From Anaerolineae bacterium (GTDB taxonomy: Bacteria; Chloroflexota; Anaerolineae; B4-G1; SLSP01), in contig DAOUBT010000033.1 in assembly GCA_034432595.1 (NCBI GenBank), forward strand, positions 2,353 to 66,352: a stretch of 64,000 nucleotides of DNA, read 5' to 3'. Position numbers and translations under genes: made by a program. Below the pieces are notes generated by a model. That model was not told the DNA's origin. It made no database searches and worked only from the letters and a program-made list of their open reading frames with translations. Positions within the stretch are counted from its first letter, which is position 1; each line of letters starts with the position of its first letter. Below, one piece after another: positions 50,636 through 60,043 of this stretch.

Positions 50636-50665
50636 GGGAGACAGGCCCACGCAGGCCTGTCTCCC
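50636..50665 (+). terminator. Stable hairpin after the SBP gene (terminator or mRNA stabiliser)
   Basis: GGGAGACAGGCC-CACGCA-GGCCTGTCTCCC; weak U tract. Confidence 0.6.
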
Positions 50666-51029
50666 TTCATCCACGGATGCCTCAACGCGAATTTTCAGGC
50701 CTTGACGGGTTAACATGGATGGCTTTACGCAAGCAGTGGAAACCCGTCCAACCTGAGTTAATCCGCGTCCTGAACATCCAGGGCTGAACGTATACGGTAA
50801 GAGAAACAGGACCGGTTCGGTCCGCTTTTACTTGTGATAAAGCATCAACGCAGGCAGGACCTGGGCTTTTTAACCGTCAGGGATGGGTACGTGGACAGCC
50901 TGGAGGGGTAGCCCGGCTGTGGCTGGACCGCTGCGCTTTCTACTTTCCGGGCGTTTTTCCTGTGCAAGCTCAATTCCGGCGATGCATGGGCGCAAAGAAG
51001 CCGTTACGATTTTTGCTTTCGGAGAAGCT

Positions 51030-51821
51030 ATGACGACAGAGACAAAGCCCGACATTATTTTAGAAGGCCGCCATCTGACCAAGGTTTTTGGGGGGCTGGT
51101 GGCCGTGGATCAGGTGAGTTGTCAAATCCGTGCCGGTACCCTCCATGCTATTATCGGTCCCAATGGCGCGGGTAAGACGACGCTGTTTAATCTGTTGAGC
51201 CGAACGTTTCCGCCCACGTCGGGGCAGGTGTTTTTCCGTGGGCGCGATATTACCCACCTCCCCACGCATCGCGTGGCGCATCTGGGATTGGGACGCTCGT
51301 TTCAGATTACCAATATCTTCCCCAATTTGACCGTGCTGGAGAATATTCGCCTTGCTGCGCAGGCGCGGGGTGGGGATAACTTCAAGTTCTGGCGGCCTTA
51401 TACGCATTTTCAGACCTACATCGAAAAAGCCCTTGCTATTGCGGCGCTGGTTGGCCTGCAGGGACGCGAAGGGGCCTTAGCGCGCAATCTGGCGCACGGC
51501 GAGAAGCGCAAATTAGAGCTGGGCATCATGCTGGCGAGCGATCCCGAAGTCCTGCTGCTGGACGAGCCGACCGCTGGCATGTCTTCGGAGCAGGTCCCGG
51601 AGCTGATTGAGGTCATCCGCGCCATTATGGCGCAGGGGGGGAAGACCGTCGTGCTCGTTGAACACCGCATGGACGTGGTGATGAACGTCTCCGATGTCAT
51701 CACGGTGATGCATCAGGGGCGCGTGCTGGCCGAAGGTACGCCACAGGAGGTGGCGCGCAATGAGCTGGTGCAGAAGGCCTATTTGGGCGCGCTGTACGGC
51801 GACTTTGGCGCTTCGGCATAG
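51030..51821 (+). CDS. Liv-class ABC ATPase (LivG-like)
   Basis: Motifs GPNGAGKTT, SFQITNIF and LLDEPTAG. Confidence 0.9.
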   Translation: MTTETKPDIILEGRHLTKVFGGLVAVDQVSCQIRAGTLHAIIGPNGAGKTTLFNLLSRTFPPTSGQVFFRGRDITHLPTHRVAHLGLGRSFQITNIFPNLTVLENIRLAAQARGGDNFKFWRPYTHFQTYIEKALAIAALVGLQGREGALARNLAHGEKRKLELGIMLASDPEVLLLDEPTAGMSSEQVPELIEVIRAIMAQGGKTVVLVEHRMDVVMNVSDVITVMHQGRVLAEGTPQEVARNELVQKAYLGALYGDFGASA

Positions 51822-51830
51822 GGAGGGGAT

Positions 51831-52577
51831 ATGGCACAACCGGATTCCAATGACATCATCCTGTCCGTGGAGGGCATTCACACCTACATCGGACAGTTTC
51901 ACATTCTGGAGGGGATTTCGCTTCAGGTGCGGCGAGGCAGTATCACGGTTTTGCTGGGACGCAATGGCGCGGGCAAGACCACCACGCTCAAATCCATTTT
52001 GGGCCTCACCCCGCCGCGTTCAGGGCGCGTGCTACTGGATGGAGCTGAGATTCAGGGCAAACACGCTTATGACATCGCGGCCATGGGTATCGGGTATGTT
52101 CCGGAGCACCGCGCCATTTTCCGCAATCTGAGCGTGGGCGAGAACCTGCGCATTGCCGAGCGCAAAAAGGGCGACCTGGAGCGCAAAGCCGATTTCATCT
52201 TTCGCCTGTTCCCCGACCTCAAGCGTCTCTACAAATTGAGCGGCTATCAACTTTCGGGTGGGCAGCAGCAGATGCTGGCTATTGCCCGCGCCATGGTGGC
52301 GGATAACAAACTGCTCTTGATTGACGAGCCTAGCGAGGGCCTGGCGCCGGTCATCATTGAGCAGATGATGGACGCGATCCGCGAGCTGAGTGCTACTACT
52401 ACCGTGCTTCTGGTGGAACAAAATTTTCTCATGGCCAGCCGTTTAGGCCAGGATTACTACATCATTGACGACGGCAAAACCGTGCATCAAGGGCGCATGG
52501 AGGACCTGGTGCATGATGAGGCCCTCATCCACCAATATCTGGGCGCAAGCGTCCGCCGGGCAGGAGGTGCAGCATGA
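51831..52577 (+). CDS. Liv-class ABC ATPase (LivF-like)
   Basis: Motifs GRNGAGKTT, LSGGQQQMLAIARA and IDEPSEGLAP. Confidence 0.9.
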   Translation: MAQPDSNDIILSVEGIHTYIGQFHILEGISLQVRRGSITVLLGRNGAGKTTTLKSILGLTPPRSGRVLLDGAEIQGKHAYDIAAMGIGYVPEHRAIFRNLSVGENLRIAERKKGDLERKADFIFRLFPDLKRLYKLSGYQLSGGQQQMLAIARAMVADNKLLLIDEPSEGLAPVIIEQMMDAIRELSATTTVLLVEQNFLMASRLGQDYYIIDDGKTVHQGRMEDLVHDEALIHQYLGASVRRAGGAA

Positions 52578-54067
52578 GAAAATCGTCCGTATGGCGGGAG
52601 TATCAGGCGTTGTGGATAGGGTTGGGCCTGGTCCTTGTGCTGATTGGCCTGGCCTGGCGCGTCATCGGCACGCAGGCTTTCATCCGCACCACGCTTTCGG
52701 GCCTGACGCTGAGTGCGCTTTTCTTCATGGTGGCAGCGGGTCTGACCCTGGTGTTTGGCCTGATGGATGTCCTGAACTTCGCGCAGGGTTCCATGTTTAT
52801 GGTGGGCGCTTACATAGGCTGGCAGTTTTACACCAACCCCACCTTCCTTTTTGGCCTGGCGCCGCTGGCGCTGGTGTTCATCGCGGGTTTGACGGGCATG
52901 GCGCTTTTCTATCCCGTGGTGCACACGCTGCGCCTCACGCCGGAGCAGCAAAAAGGGCTGCGTGCGGCCCTCATCACCCTGGCCTTGGCCCTGGTAGTGG
53001 CGGGGCTGTGGGGCTACGACGTGCGTGACCTGGCCAAAACGGCGATGGTCTCTTCCATGGTGGCCTCCAATCTCCTGGCTGAAGCTTCGCCGCAGGAACC
53101 TCTGGCGCGCTTCTGGCTGCGTCCCCTGTTGGTTTTTCTGGGCGGATTGGCGTTCGCCGTGGCGCAGGCCCGTCCTGGGGATGAGACACACGTGGTGTCG
53201 CGCAGCGCGACACGACGCAGCGCCCTCATCTTGCCCGGCCTGCTGCTGCTCACGGCGCTGAGCGTGCTCGTGCGCGAATCCGGGCCGATTGCCGTGCTGC
53301 TGTTGAACGGGAACGTGCGCTTTGTCCTGGCGCTGCTCACGAGTTTGTTGGTCGGGTTTGGACTGGGGGTGCTCATCGAAAATCTTTTCATCAGCCCCCT
53401 TTACACCCGTCCCCTGTATCAGATTATCATCACCATGGGCCTGGCGTATGTCATCGGCGAGCTGGTGCAGTTGCTCTGGGATCCGCTCCCTTACGCCATG
53501 GACCGTCCGCCGCTGTTCGCGCAGCCGGGCAAGGCCGCCAACGTGGCCGAGTGGCTGCAGAAGGGTAGCTCGACGCTGGATATTTTCGGCGTGACCTTCC
53601 CCACCTATCGCCTGTTCATTATTGTCCTGGGCGTGCTGATGTTCCTGGCCCTCACGGCGGTGATGAAGTACACGCGCCTGGGCATGATTATCCGCGCGGG
53701 CGTGCAGGATCGCGAGATGGTGGAGGCGCTGGGCATCAACGTCAAGCGCGTTTTCACCTTTGTGTTCGCTTTGGGGACTGCGCTGGCCGCGTTGGGTGGC
53801 ATCGGTGCGGCGCCGTTTATGCCGGTGGAGCCGGTGATGGGTGACCGTTTCCTCATGCAGGGCTTCATCACGGTGGTCATCGGCGGCATGGGCAGCACGA
53901 GCGGCGCGGCCATTGGTGCCCTGCTGTTGGGCCTGGCGCGCGCCTTTGGTGACTATCTCGCGCTCAAATACGGCCTCACCCCCTCCATTTCCGAGGCTTC
54001 GACCGTGGTGATCATGGCAATTGTGTTGCTGGCGCGCCCAACCGGGCTGCTGGGCAAGAAGGAGTAG
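52574..54067 (+). CDS. Liv-class permease (LivH-like) with a large internal insertion
   Basis: Motifs GLTLVFGLMDVLNFAQG, TRLGMIIRA and VVIGGMGS; 497 aa. Confidence 0.88.
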   Translation: MRKSSVWREYQALWIGLGLVLVLIGLAWRVIGTQAFIRTTLSGLTLSALFFMVAAGLTLVFGLMDVLNFAQGSMFMVGAYIGWQFYTNPTFLFGLAPLALVFIAGLTGMALFYPVVHTLRLTPEQQKGLRAALITLALALVVAGLWGYDVRDLAKTAMVSSMVASNLLAEASPQEPLARFWLRPLLVFLGGLAFAVAQARPGDETHVVSRSATRRSALILPGLLLLTALSVLVRESGPIAVLLLNGNVRFVLALLTSLLVGFGLGVLIENLFISPLYTRPLYQIIITMGLAYVIGELVQLLWDPLPYAMDRPPLFAQPGKAANVAEWLQKGSSTLDIFGVTFPTYRLFIIVLGVLMFLALTAVMKYTRLGMIIRAGVQDREMVEALGINVKRVFTFVFALGTALAALGGIGAAPFMPVEPVMGDRFLMQGFITVVIGGMGSTSGAAIGALLLGLARAFGDYLALKYGLTPSISEASTVVIMAIVLLARPTGLLGKKE

Positions 54068-54071
54068 GCGT

Positions 54072-55163
54072 ATGCGGACCTCATTCAAGCATGTGTGGGA
54101 AAAGCTCTCAACCTGGGCCGGGCAGCAAAAGGTGCCGCTGCTGGTGCTGGCCGGTTTCATTCTCTTCCCCTACCTGTTTGCTCTGTTTACCGGTACCCCA
54201 CCGGCGGAAGGGGCCAACAAGTTCTGGCAGGGGCATTTCATCTCCATGTTTATCCTGGCTGTTTATGCCATGAGCTATGATTTGCTGCTGGGCTACACGG
54301 GGATTTTGACCTTCGGTCATGCGGCGTTCTTCGGCAGCGGGGCCTACGCCATGGCGTTATTCCTCAAGCACGTGGCGCCGCAGTTCAGCGCGAATTACCA
54401 GATTGTGCTGGGACCGTGGAACATCACGGACGGGATGTTGCTGTTGGTGGGCTTTTTGCTGGCGATGCTGGTGGCCTCTTTGATAGGGGTGCTCTTCAGC
54501 GTGGTGTCGGCGCGCGTGCACGGCGCTTATTTCGCCATGATTACCCTGGCCATGGCGCAGGCCTTGCACATCCTTTCCAAGAGTGCGGATTTTGTGAAGT
54601 GGACCGGCGCGGATGAGGGTCTGCACGGGGTGCCCGTGCCCGCTTTCCTCAATCCCACGCAATATCGTTTGCGCTTCTACTTTGTCGCTTTGGCCTTTGC
54701 GCTGGTGATGTACGTCATCACGCAGCGATTGGTCAACTCGCCCACGGGGCGCGTCTTTGTGGCGCTGCGCGAAAACGAAAGCCGCGTGCTGATGATTGGC
54801 TACAATCCGCGCACCTATCGCCGCATCGCTTTCACCGCCGCGGCGCTCCTTGCTGGCATGGCGGGCGCGCTCTACGCGGTGTGGACGATGAGCGCCACGC
54901 CCACCATGACCGGCATGGGCATGACGGTGAACGCGCTCATTATGACCATTCTCGGTGGCATTGGCACGCTCTACGGGCCGATGTTGGGCGCTGCTCTGAT
55001 GGAATTCCTGGGGCACTACTTCTATCAGTGGTTTGGCGCGCGCTGGCCTCTGGTGTTTGGTGTGCTCTTTATCCTGCTGGTGCTCTTCCTGCCCTACGGC
55101 ATCGTGGGCACGTGGCGTCTGCGCATGGCGGAATGGAAGCTTAAACGTAAGGCGAGGATGTGA
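54072..55163 (+). CDS. Liv-class permease (LivM-like)
   Basis: Motifs LLGYTGILTFGHAAFFG, SPTGRVFVALRENE and ILGGIGT. Confidence 0.9.
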   Translation: MRTSFKHVWEKLSTWAGQQKVPLLVLAGFILFPYLFALFTGTPPAEGANKFWQGHFISMFILAVYAMSYDLLLGYTGILTFGHAAFFGSGAYAMALFLKHVAPQFSANYQIVLGPWNITDGMLLLVGFLLAMLVASLIGVLFSVVSARVHGAYFAMITLAMAQALHILSKSADFVKWTGADEGLHGVPVPAFLNPTQYRLRFYFVALAFALVMYVITQRLVNSPTGRVFVALRENESRVLMIGYNPRTYRRIAFTAAALLAGMAGALYAVWTMSATPTMTGMGMTVNALIMTILGGIGTLYGPMLGAALMEFLGHYFYQWFGARWPLVFGVLFILLVLFLPYGIVGTWRLRMAEWKLKRKARM

Positions 55164-55173
55164 GCTTTTTTCT

Positions 55174-55282
55174 GGGTTGGCGAGGGCATTGCCTTCGCCT
55201 ACCGCCAGCCTTGAGCTGACCAAAGGCCGGTGGTACAGAGGGTTTCAAAAAGGGTGGGCGATGGCATTGCCGTCGCCCACCC
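55174..55282. repeat. Two copies of the GGGTGGGCGA..TCGCCCACCC palindrome between convergent genes (BIME-like)
   Basis: Copies at 55174-55203 and 55252-55282; the linker begins CCGCCAGCCT, as in 26188. Confidence 0.8.
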
Positions 55283-55313
55283 CTTAGTTTAACTGCTCAT
55301 GGGGACGTGCTTT

Positions 55314-58300
55314 CTACCCGACATTGCACCGCCTGAACAGGGCCTGCGTGTCCGGCGAGGGGGCGACTTGCAGCTCGCTCTGCAAGCGCTCCACGCAGCG
55401 CTGATAGACACGCAAGGCCTGTGCGCGCAGGCCTTGCGCCAGATAAGCCTGCATCTGCAACTGATAGGCGCGCTCCCAACAGGGGTCGCGCTCCAACATC
55501 GCCTCGCTTAGCGTGAGCACTTCATCCCAGCGGGCTGCACGCGATAGCAGCAGGGCCGTGCGTTCCGCGCTGCGCAGGTAGAGCGTGCGCAGCCGTTCTC
55601 GTTCCTCCATGCACCAGGGGGCATAAGGGTTATCCTGAAGAAAATCTCCGCTGTAAAGGGCCAGCGCCTGCTGATACGCACTCAGGCTTTCTTGGGGGTC
55701 GCGAGCGTAGCGCGCGTTGGCTTCGCGGATGAAGCGCTCAAATTCGGCCACGTCCAATTCGATATCCGCGTTGGAACGCAGGCCGTAGAGCGTGCCCTCG
55801 CGAACAATGTAGGCCGAAGGGGCATTCGGCGCGCGGCGCGGCTCTAAAGCCTTGAAGAGCGTGCTCAAGGCCACCTTGAAGTCGCGCGCCCCCGTTTCCG
55901 GGTCCTGTTCCGGCCATAACATTTCGATGATTTGTTCCCGCTCAAGGCGCTGCTCGCGGTAGGTGATGAGCACCTGCAAGAGCTGACGCGCGCTCTCACG
56001 CCGCCACTCCGCGGGTGCAATCTCCTCCTTCCCACGCCAGACGCGAAAAGCGCCGAACGTCTGAACGCGCAACTGATAACCGGGATGCGCCTCCACCGTG
56101 CGCAGGCCCAGGTTCCCCAGCAGCGCCTCAGCGAAGGCGCGCTGCCCGGCTTCATCGCGTGCCCACAGCAACAGCGGCACCAGGCGACGCACATCCGGCG
56201 GTCCCAGGAACGTGCGGCGGGTGAAGAGATACCCGTACCCGTGCGTCGTCACCAGGTGCTGCAAGGCCGCAAAATCCCGCTTCAGGCGCAACACATCCCC
56301 ACTTTCCCACCACGTCAGGCACAACCAGAGCCGGGCCAGGGTCTCTCCGTAGCGGTCGCTGCAGTTATGGAAAGCAGCTAACGCCTCGTTGAGGATACTG
56401 CTCGCGTGGGTGGAGCGCCCGGCGAGTGTGTAGCTTGCGCCCAGGGAAAGCTGAATGAGCGCGCCGACCCAGATATCCCCAGCTTGTTGGGTGAGGGCCA
56501 GGCCCTGTTCCGCGGCGCGTTCCGCGGCTTCCAACGCGCCATGGAAGCCGTGCGCGCGGCACAGGCCCCAATAGGCTTCCGCTTTGAGCCGTGGCACAGC
56601 CAACGTATCGCTAATTTTGATGGTCTCGCGGTAGCACTGACAGGCGCGTTCATACGCCTCCGGCATATCCTTCAGCAGCCAGGCGTGACCCTGTCGCATC
56701 AGCCCCACGCCGGTGATGAAGGGCGAGTTGAGCATCTGTCCGCGTTCTGTGCCGGCGACGGCACAGCGATAAGCTGCCTCGGCGTCACCTTCAAAGGCGT
56801 GGATCAGGGCCAGCAGGAGCAGGGTCTCCCGGTGAGCGCGTGGGCGCAGCACCGGCATCTCTTGTTCGAGAGCAGCGCGCGCCTCCAGAATGCGGCGCGC
56901 CTGTTCTAACTGACCGGTGCGTAAAAGCACCCGCACCGGCAGTTCCTCTTCGTTCGGACCTTCTTCGCGCAAGGCCTGTGCCTGTGCGCGCAGCGTTTCC
57001 GCTTCTTCCGGGCGGCCCAGATTGAGCCGGTTCTCGGCGAGCATCTCCAGCAAGGTGGCTCGTGCCTGCCGGTCGGCCAGCCCGTCCGTGATACGGAGAG
57101 CTTCCTCCAGCAGGGCCTCAGCCTGCGCCGGGTTGACCGTGTCCAGGTAGACGCGCGCCTGTCCGCGCAGTGCCTGCGCCACCGCCTCCACCTGTCCCAA
57201 CCGTTGCGCGTGATGTTGCGCTTGCTGATACCAGCTCAGGGCCTCCTCGAACTGACTGCGCAAACGGCGCACATCGCCAAGGTAGGATAACAGCCGGGGA
57301 TGGGAAGCCAGCAGGTCCGGCGGGAATTGATGTAGCCAGCGCTCCAGCCGGTCCAGTTGACCGTTGCGTACCAGCGCTGCGCCCAGCTCTTCCAGTAGAT
57401 GGGCGGCAGCTTCGTGGTCACCCGCGCGGAAGAGATGCTCCAGCGCCATCTCACGCTCGCCGCGCTGCTGTAAGCAGGCCGCTGCCTGCCGATGAGCGGC
57501 GCGCTCCTCTTCCGGCGTGAGGCTGTTCAGGAGAAACTTGCGGAAGAGGGGCTGGTAGTGCATGCGCCCCCGTCCCATTTCGCTGATAAACAACCCGTGG
57601 TTGATGAGGTCGCGCAGGATGTCGGCGCTGTTCTGAACCCCCAGCAGGGCATCGCACAGGGCCGCGTCAAATTCGCGCAGCACAGCCGTGCGTTTGAGAA
57701 AATGTTGCCAGGCTACGGGCAATTGCTCCATGACTTCTTGCGCCAGATAAGTAAAAAATTGCGCGTCGGGGGCGGGAAGCCGCTCCAGCGCCTGTGCGAC
57801 GCTCTCCACGGCGCGGCTGCGCACCATCTGCCAGACCAGTTGCAGCGCGATGACCCAGCCTTCGGTCTGTTGCGTCAGGCGCTCGACCTGTTCCGGGGTC
57901 AGGGGTAAGCCGTAGATGTCGGCAAACAGGGCGTCCACCTCCTCTGCGGTGAAAGCCAGCTCGTGTTGCGCGATTTCGAGCACCTCACCCCGCACACGCC
58001 AGGTGACCAGGGAAGGCAGGGGGAGGGTGCGCCGCGTGGCGAGTATCACGTGCAGCCAGGCCGGGCGGTGGGTGATGAAGCGTTCCAACAGGTTCAGGAC
58101 CGCCGGGGCCTGATCGAGATGATGGGCGTCGTTGAGCACGAGAAACGCAGGCTGCGGAGTCGGGCTGGCGCTGAGGGCGTTGAGGAGCAGGGTAAGGAAG
58201 CTCTGCCAGCGATCCACATCGCGGCTGCTCACGTCCTCCAGCACGCTGGTCAATGCCTCCGGCAGGGTGGGGACAATGCGGTGCAGGCTGGCGAACAGGT

Positions 58301-58538
58301 GTAGTAGGAAGACCGTGGCATCGGCATCTTCCCGTTCCAGGGTGTACCAGGCCACGAGGTGACGGGTGAGTTGCAGCGCGGCTAAGGCGGTGCTCTTGCC
58401 GTATCCCGTCCCGGCCTGCACAAGGGTAAGCGGATAGTCCAGCGCCTCCAGCAGGCGCTGTGTCACGCGCGGACGGAGCAGCGTCCGCGCCGTCAGGGGT
58501 GGCGGGGTCAGTTTGGTGTGCAAAATCAGGGCGGACAT
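55314..58538 (-). CDS. MalT-like STAND ATPase-TPR regulator with a C-terminal SARP (wHTH+BTAD) output
   Basis: LHTKLTPP, AGTGYGKST, TEGWVIAL, TPRs, then LRVQTFGAF..LWPE..ALALYSGDFL..ERERLR. Confidence 0.88.
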   Translation of the reverse strand: MSALILHTKLTPPPLTARTLLRPRVTQRLLEALDYPLTLVQAGTGYGKSTALAALQLTRHLVAWYTLEREDADATVFLLHLFASLHRIVPTLPEALTSVLEDVSSRDVDRWQSFLTLLLNALSASPTPQPAFLVLNDAHHLDQAPAVLNLLERFITHRPAWLHVILATRRTLPLPSLVTWRVRGEVLEIAQHELAFTAEEVDALFADIYGLPLTPEQVERLTQQTEGWVIALQLVWQMVRSRAVESVAQALERLPAPDAQFFTYLAQEVMEQLPVAWQHFLKRTAVLREFDAALCDALLGVQNSADILRDLINHGLFISEMGRGRMHYQPLFRKFLLNSLTPEEERAAHRQAAACLQQRGEREMALEHLFRAGDHEAAAHLLEELGAALVRNGQLDRLERWLHQFPPDLLASHPRLLSYLGDVRRLRSQFEEALSWYQQAQHHAQRLGQVEAVAQALRGQARVYLDTVNPAQAEALLEEALRITDGLADRQARATLLEMLAENRLNLGRPEEAETLRAQAQALREEGPNEEELPVRVLLRTGQLEQARRILEARAALEQEMPVLRPRAHRETLLLLALIHAFEGDAEAAYRCAVAGTERGQMLNSPFITGVGLMRQGHAWLLKDMPEAYERACQCYRETIKISDTLAVPRLKAEAYWGLCRAHGFHGALEAAERAAEQGLALTQQAGDIWVGALIQLSLGASYTLAGRSTHASSILNEALAAFHNCSDRYGETLARLWLCLTWWESGDVLRLKRDFAALQHLVTTHGYGYLFTRRTFLGPPDVRRLVPLLLWARDEAGQRAFAEALLGNLGLRTVEAHPGYQLRVQTFGAFRVWRGKEEIAPAEWRRESARQLLQVLITYREQRLEREQIIEMLWPEQDPETGARDFKVALSTLFKALEPRRAPNAPSAYIVREGTLYGLRSNADIELDVAEFERFIREANARYARDPQESLSAYQQALALYSGDFLQDNPYAPWCMEERERLRTLYLRSAERTALLLSRAARWDEVLTLSEAMLERDPCWERAYQLQMQAYLAQGLRAQALRVYQRCVERLQSELQVAPSPDTQALFRRCNVG

Positions 58539-58585
58539 AGCTTCAACGGGTTACTGATTCCTCAATGCCGGAAGCTGGAAACTGG

Positions 58586-60043
58586 TCACGGCAGGCTCAC
58601 CGGCACATAAATCTGGAACGGCAGCACGTCAAAGCGGTAGGTGCGGTTGAGATAGTCACCGTTCCAGCCGCCGACGGCATAGAGCGAGGCGCCGAGCGCG
58701 CTGACGCCGGCATGTCGCCATTCACCCACCAGGGGCGTTTCCACCACTTGCCAGCGCTGCGTCTGTACATCGTAGCGCTCGTTGAACCCCAGGTAGTGTT
58801 GCCAGCCTCCCCCAATGGCATAGAGATGGGCACCGGCTTGAACCAGATTCAGGCCGCCGCGCGGTTGCAGCAAGCGCGGACAGGTATCCCAACGGTCTTG
58901 CGCAGGCGTGTACACTTCGCAGGTGGCCAGCTCGCGCTCCCCATCGTAACCGCCGACGTAGTAAACGCTCTCGCCATACGCTGCCGCCCCGCCAAACCCG
59001 CGCGCCGTGGGAGCGGGGGCAAGGGTTTCCCAAAGATCACGGGCCGGGTCGTACCGATAAGCTGCGGTTGTGTAGCGCGTCCCATCCCAGCCGCCGAAGA
59101 GGTACACCTGCTCCCCCGCCGTCGTTAAGGTGTAGCCGCACAGGGCTTGCGGGAGTGAGGCCACCGCGCGCCAGGTATCCGTGCGCGGATCGTAAAGGTG
59201 CACGTCGGCGTAGGGCCGGCCCTGCGCGTCACAGCCGCCGGGGACGAGGATGCCGCCCTTCAGGCTTGCGGCACTGAGGTTCGCCAGGGCGAGCGGACGC
59301 GGCGTGACACTTGTCCAGCGGTCGCGCTCCGGGTCGTAGCGCTCGGTGAGCGCCGTGACGCCTTCCGCCGTGAGGCCGCCCATGGCGTAAAGCTGGCCTC
59401 CCCAGGCGGCCAGGCCCAGGCGCGCGCGGCGCACGCTCATCGGTGCGCGTTCCTCCCAGCGCGGCACCGTCTCGGTGGCAACGGCACCGGGAATGGAGGG
59501 GGCATCAATCAGGCCCGGCAGGCTTGAGGCGGCGCTGCGGCCCTTGCGCGGCGCGGGCAGAAAGAGAATGAGCAGCATCGCCGCCAATCCCAGCCCCAGC
59601 GCTAACCAGCGGTGACGCGGCCAGGGCGTTGCTGCGCTGGCTTCAGCCTGGGGGAATGCGGCCGGTTGCGCTTCGAGCGGCACGGCTGCGACGGCTTCCG
59701 GCGCAGCGCTGCCTTCCGGCTCTGGGAGCATCGTTGCGGCGGCGCGGTCCGTCCCTGCCGGTGCCGGCGATGCGGGCGCTTCTGTCTGCGGCGCAGCGGT
59801 GGCGAGAGCGGCTTTTTCCTCCTCAGAAGAAATAACCACCCAGCCGGCGCGCACGGCCATCATGGTGAGTTCGGTGCGCGAGGTGACGCCGGTTTTGGTG
59901 AAAATGTTGCGTAGATGGACCTTGACCGTGTTCGGGCTGACGTAAAGCTGCGTGGCGATTTCCTTATTGGAAAGGCCCGCGGCAACTAAACGCACCACCT
60001 CGATTTCGCGTTCGCTCAGGGCTTCACCCGGCTCCGCCGGCAT
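58586..60043 (-). CDS. LuxR-HTH, TM helix and Kelch beta-propeller protein
   Basis: LSEREIEVV..GLSNKEIA..VSPNTVKVHLRNIF, Ala/Pro linker, TM LALGLGLAAMLLILFL, and six Kelch-like GG..Y..W repeats. The start was reassigned to ATG 60043. Confidence 0.85.
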   Translation of the reverse strand: MPAEPGEALSEREIEVVRLVAAGLSNKEIATQLYVSPNTVKVHLRNIFTKTGVTSRTELTMMAVRAGWVVISSEEEKAALATAAPQTEAPASPAPAGTDRAAATMLPEPEGSAAPEAVAAVPLEAQPAAFPQAEASAATPWPRHRWLALGLGLAAMLLILFLPAPRKGRSAASSLPGLIDAPSIPGAVATETVPRWEERAPMSVRRARLGLAAWGGQLYAMGGLTAEGVTALTERYDPERDRWTSVTPRPLALANLSAASLKGGILVPGGCDAQGRPYADVHLYDPRTDTWRAVASLPQALCGYTLTTAGEQVYLFGGWDGTRYTTAAYRYDPARDLWETLAPAPTARGFGGAAAYGESVYYVGGYDGERELATCEVYTPAQDRWDTCPRLLQPRGGLNLVQAGAHLYAIGGGWQHYLGFNERYDVQTQRWQVVETPLVGEWRHAGVSALGASLYAVGGWNGDYLNRTYRFDVLPFQIYVPVSLP

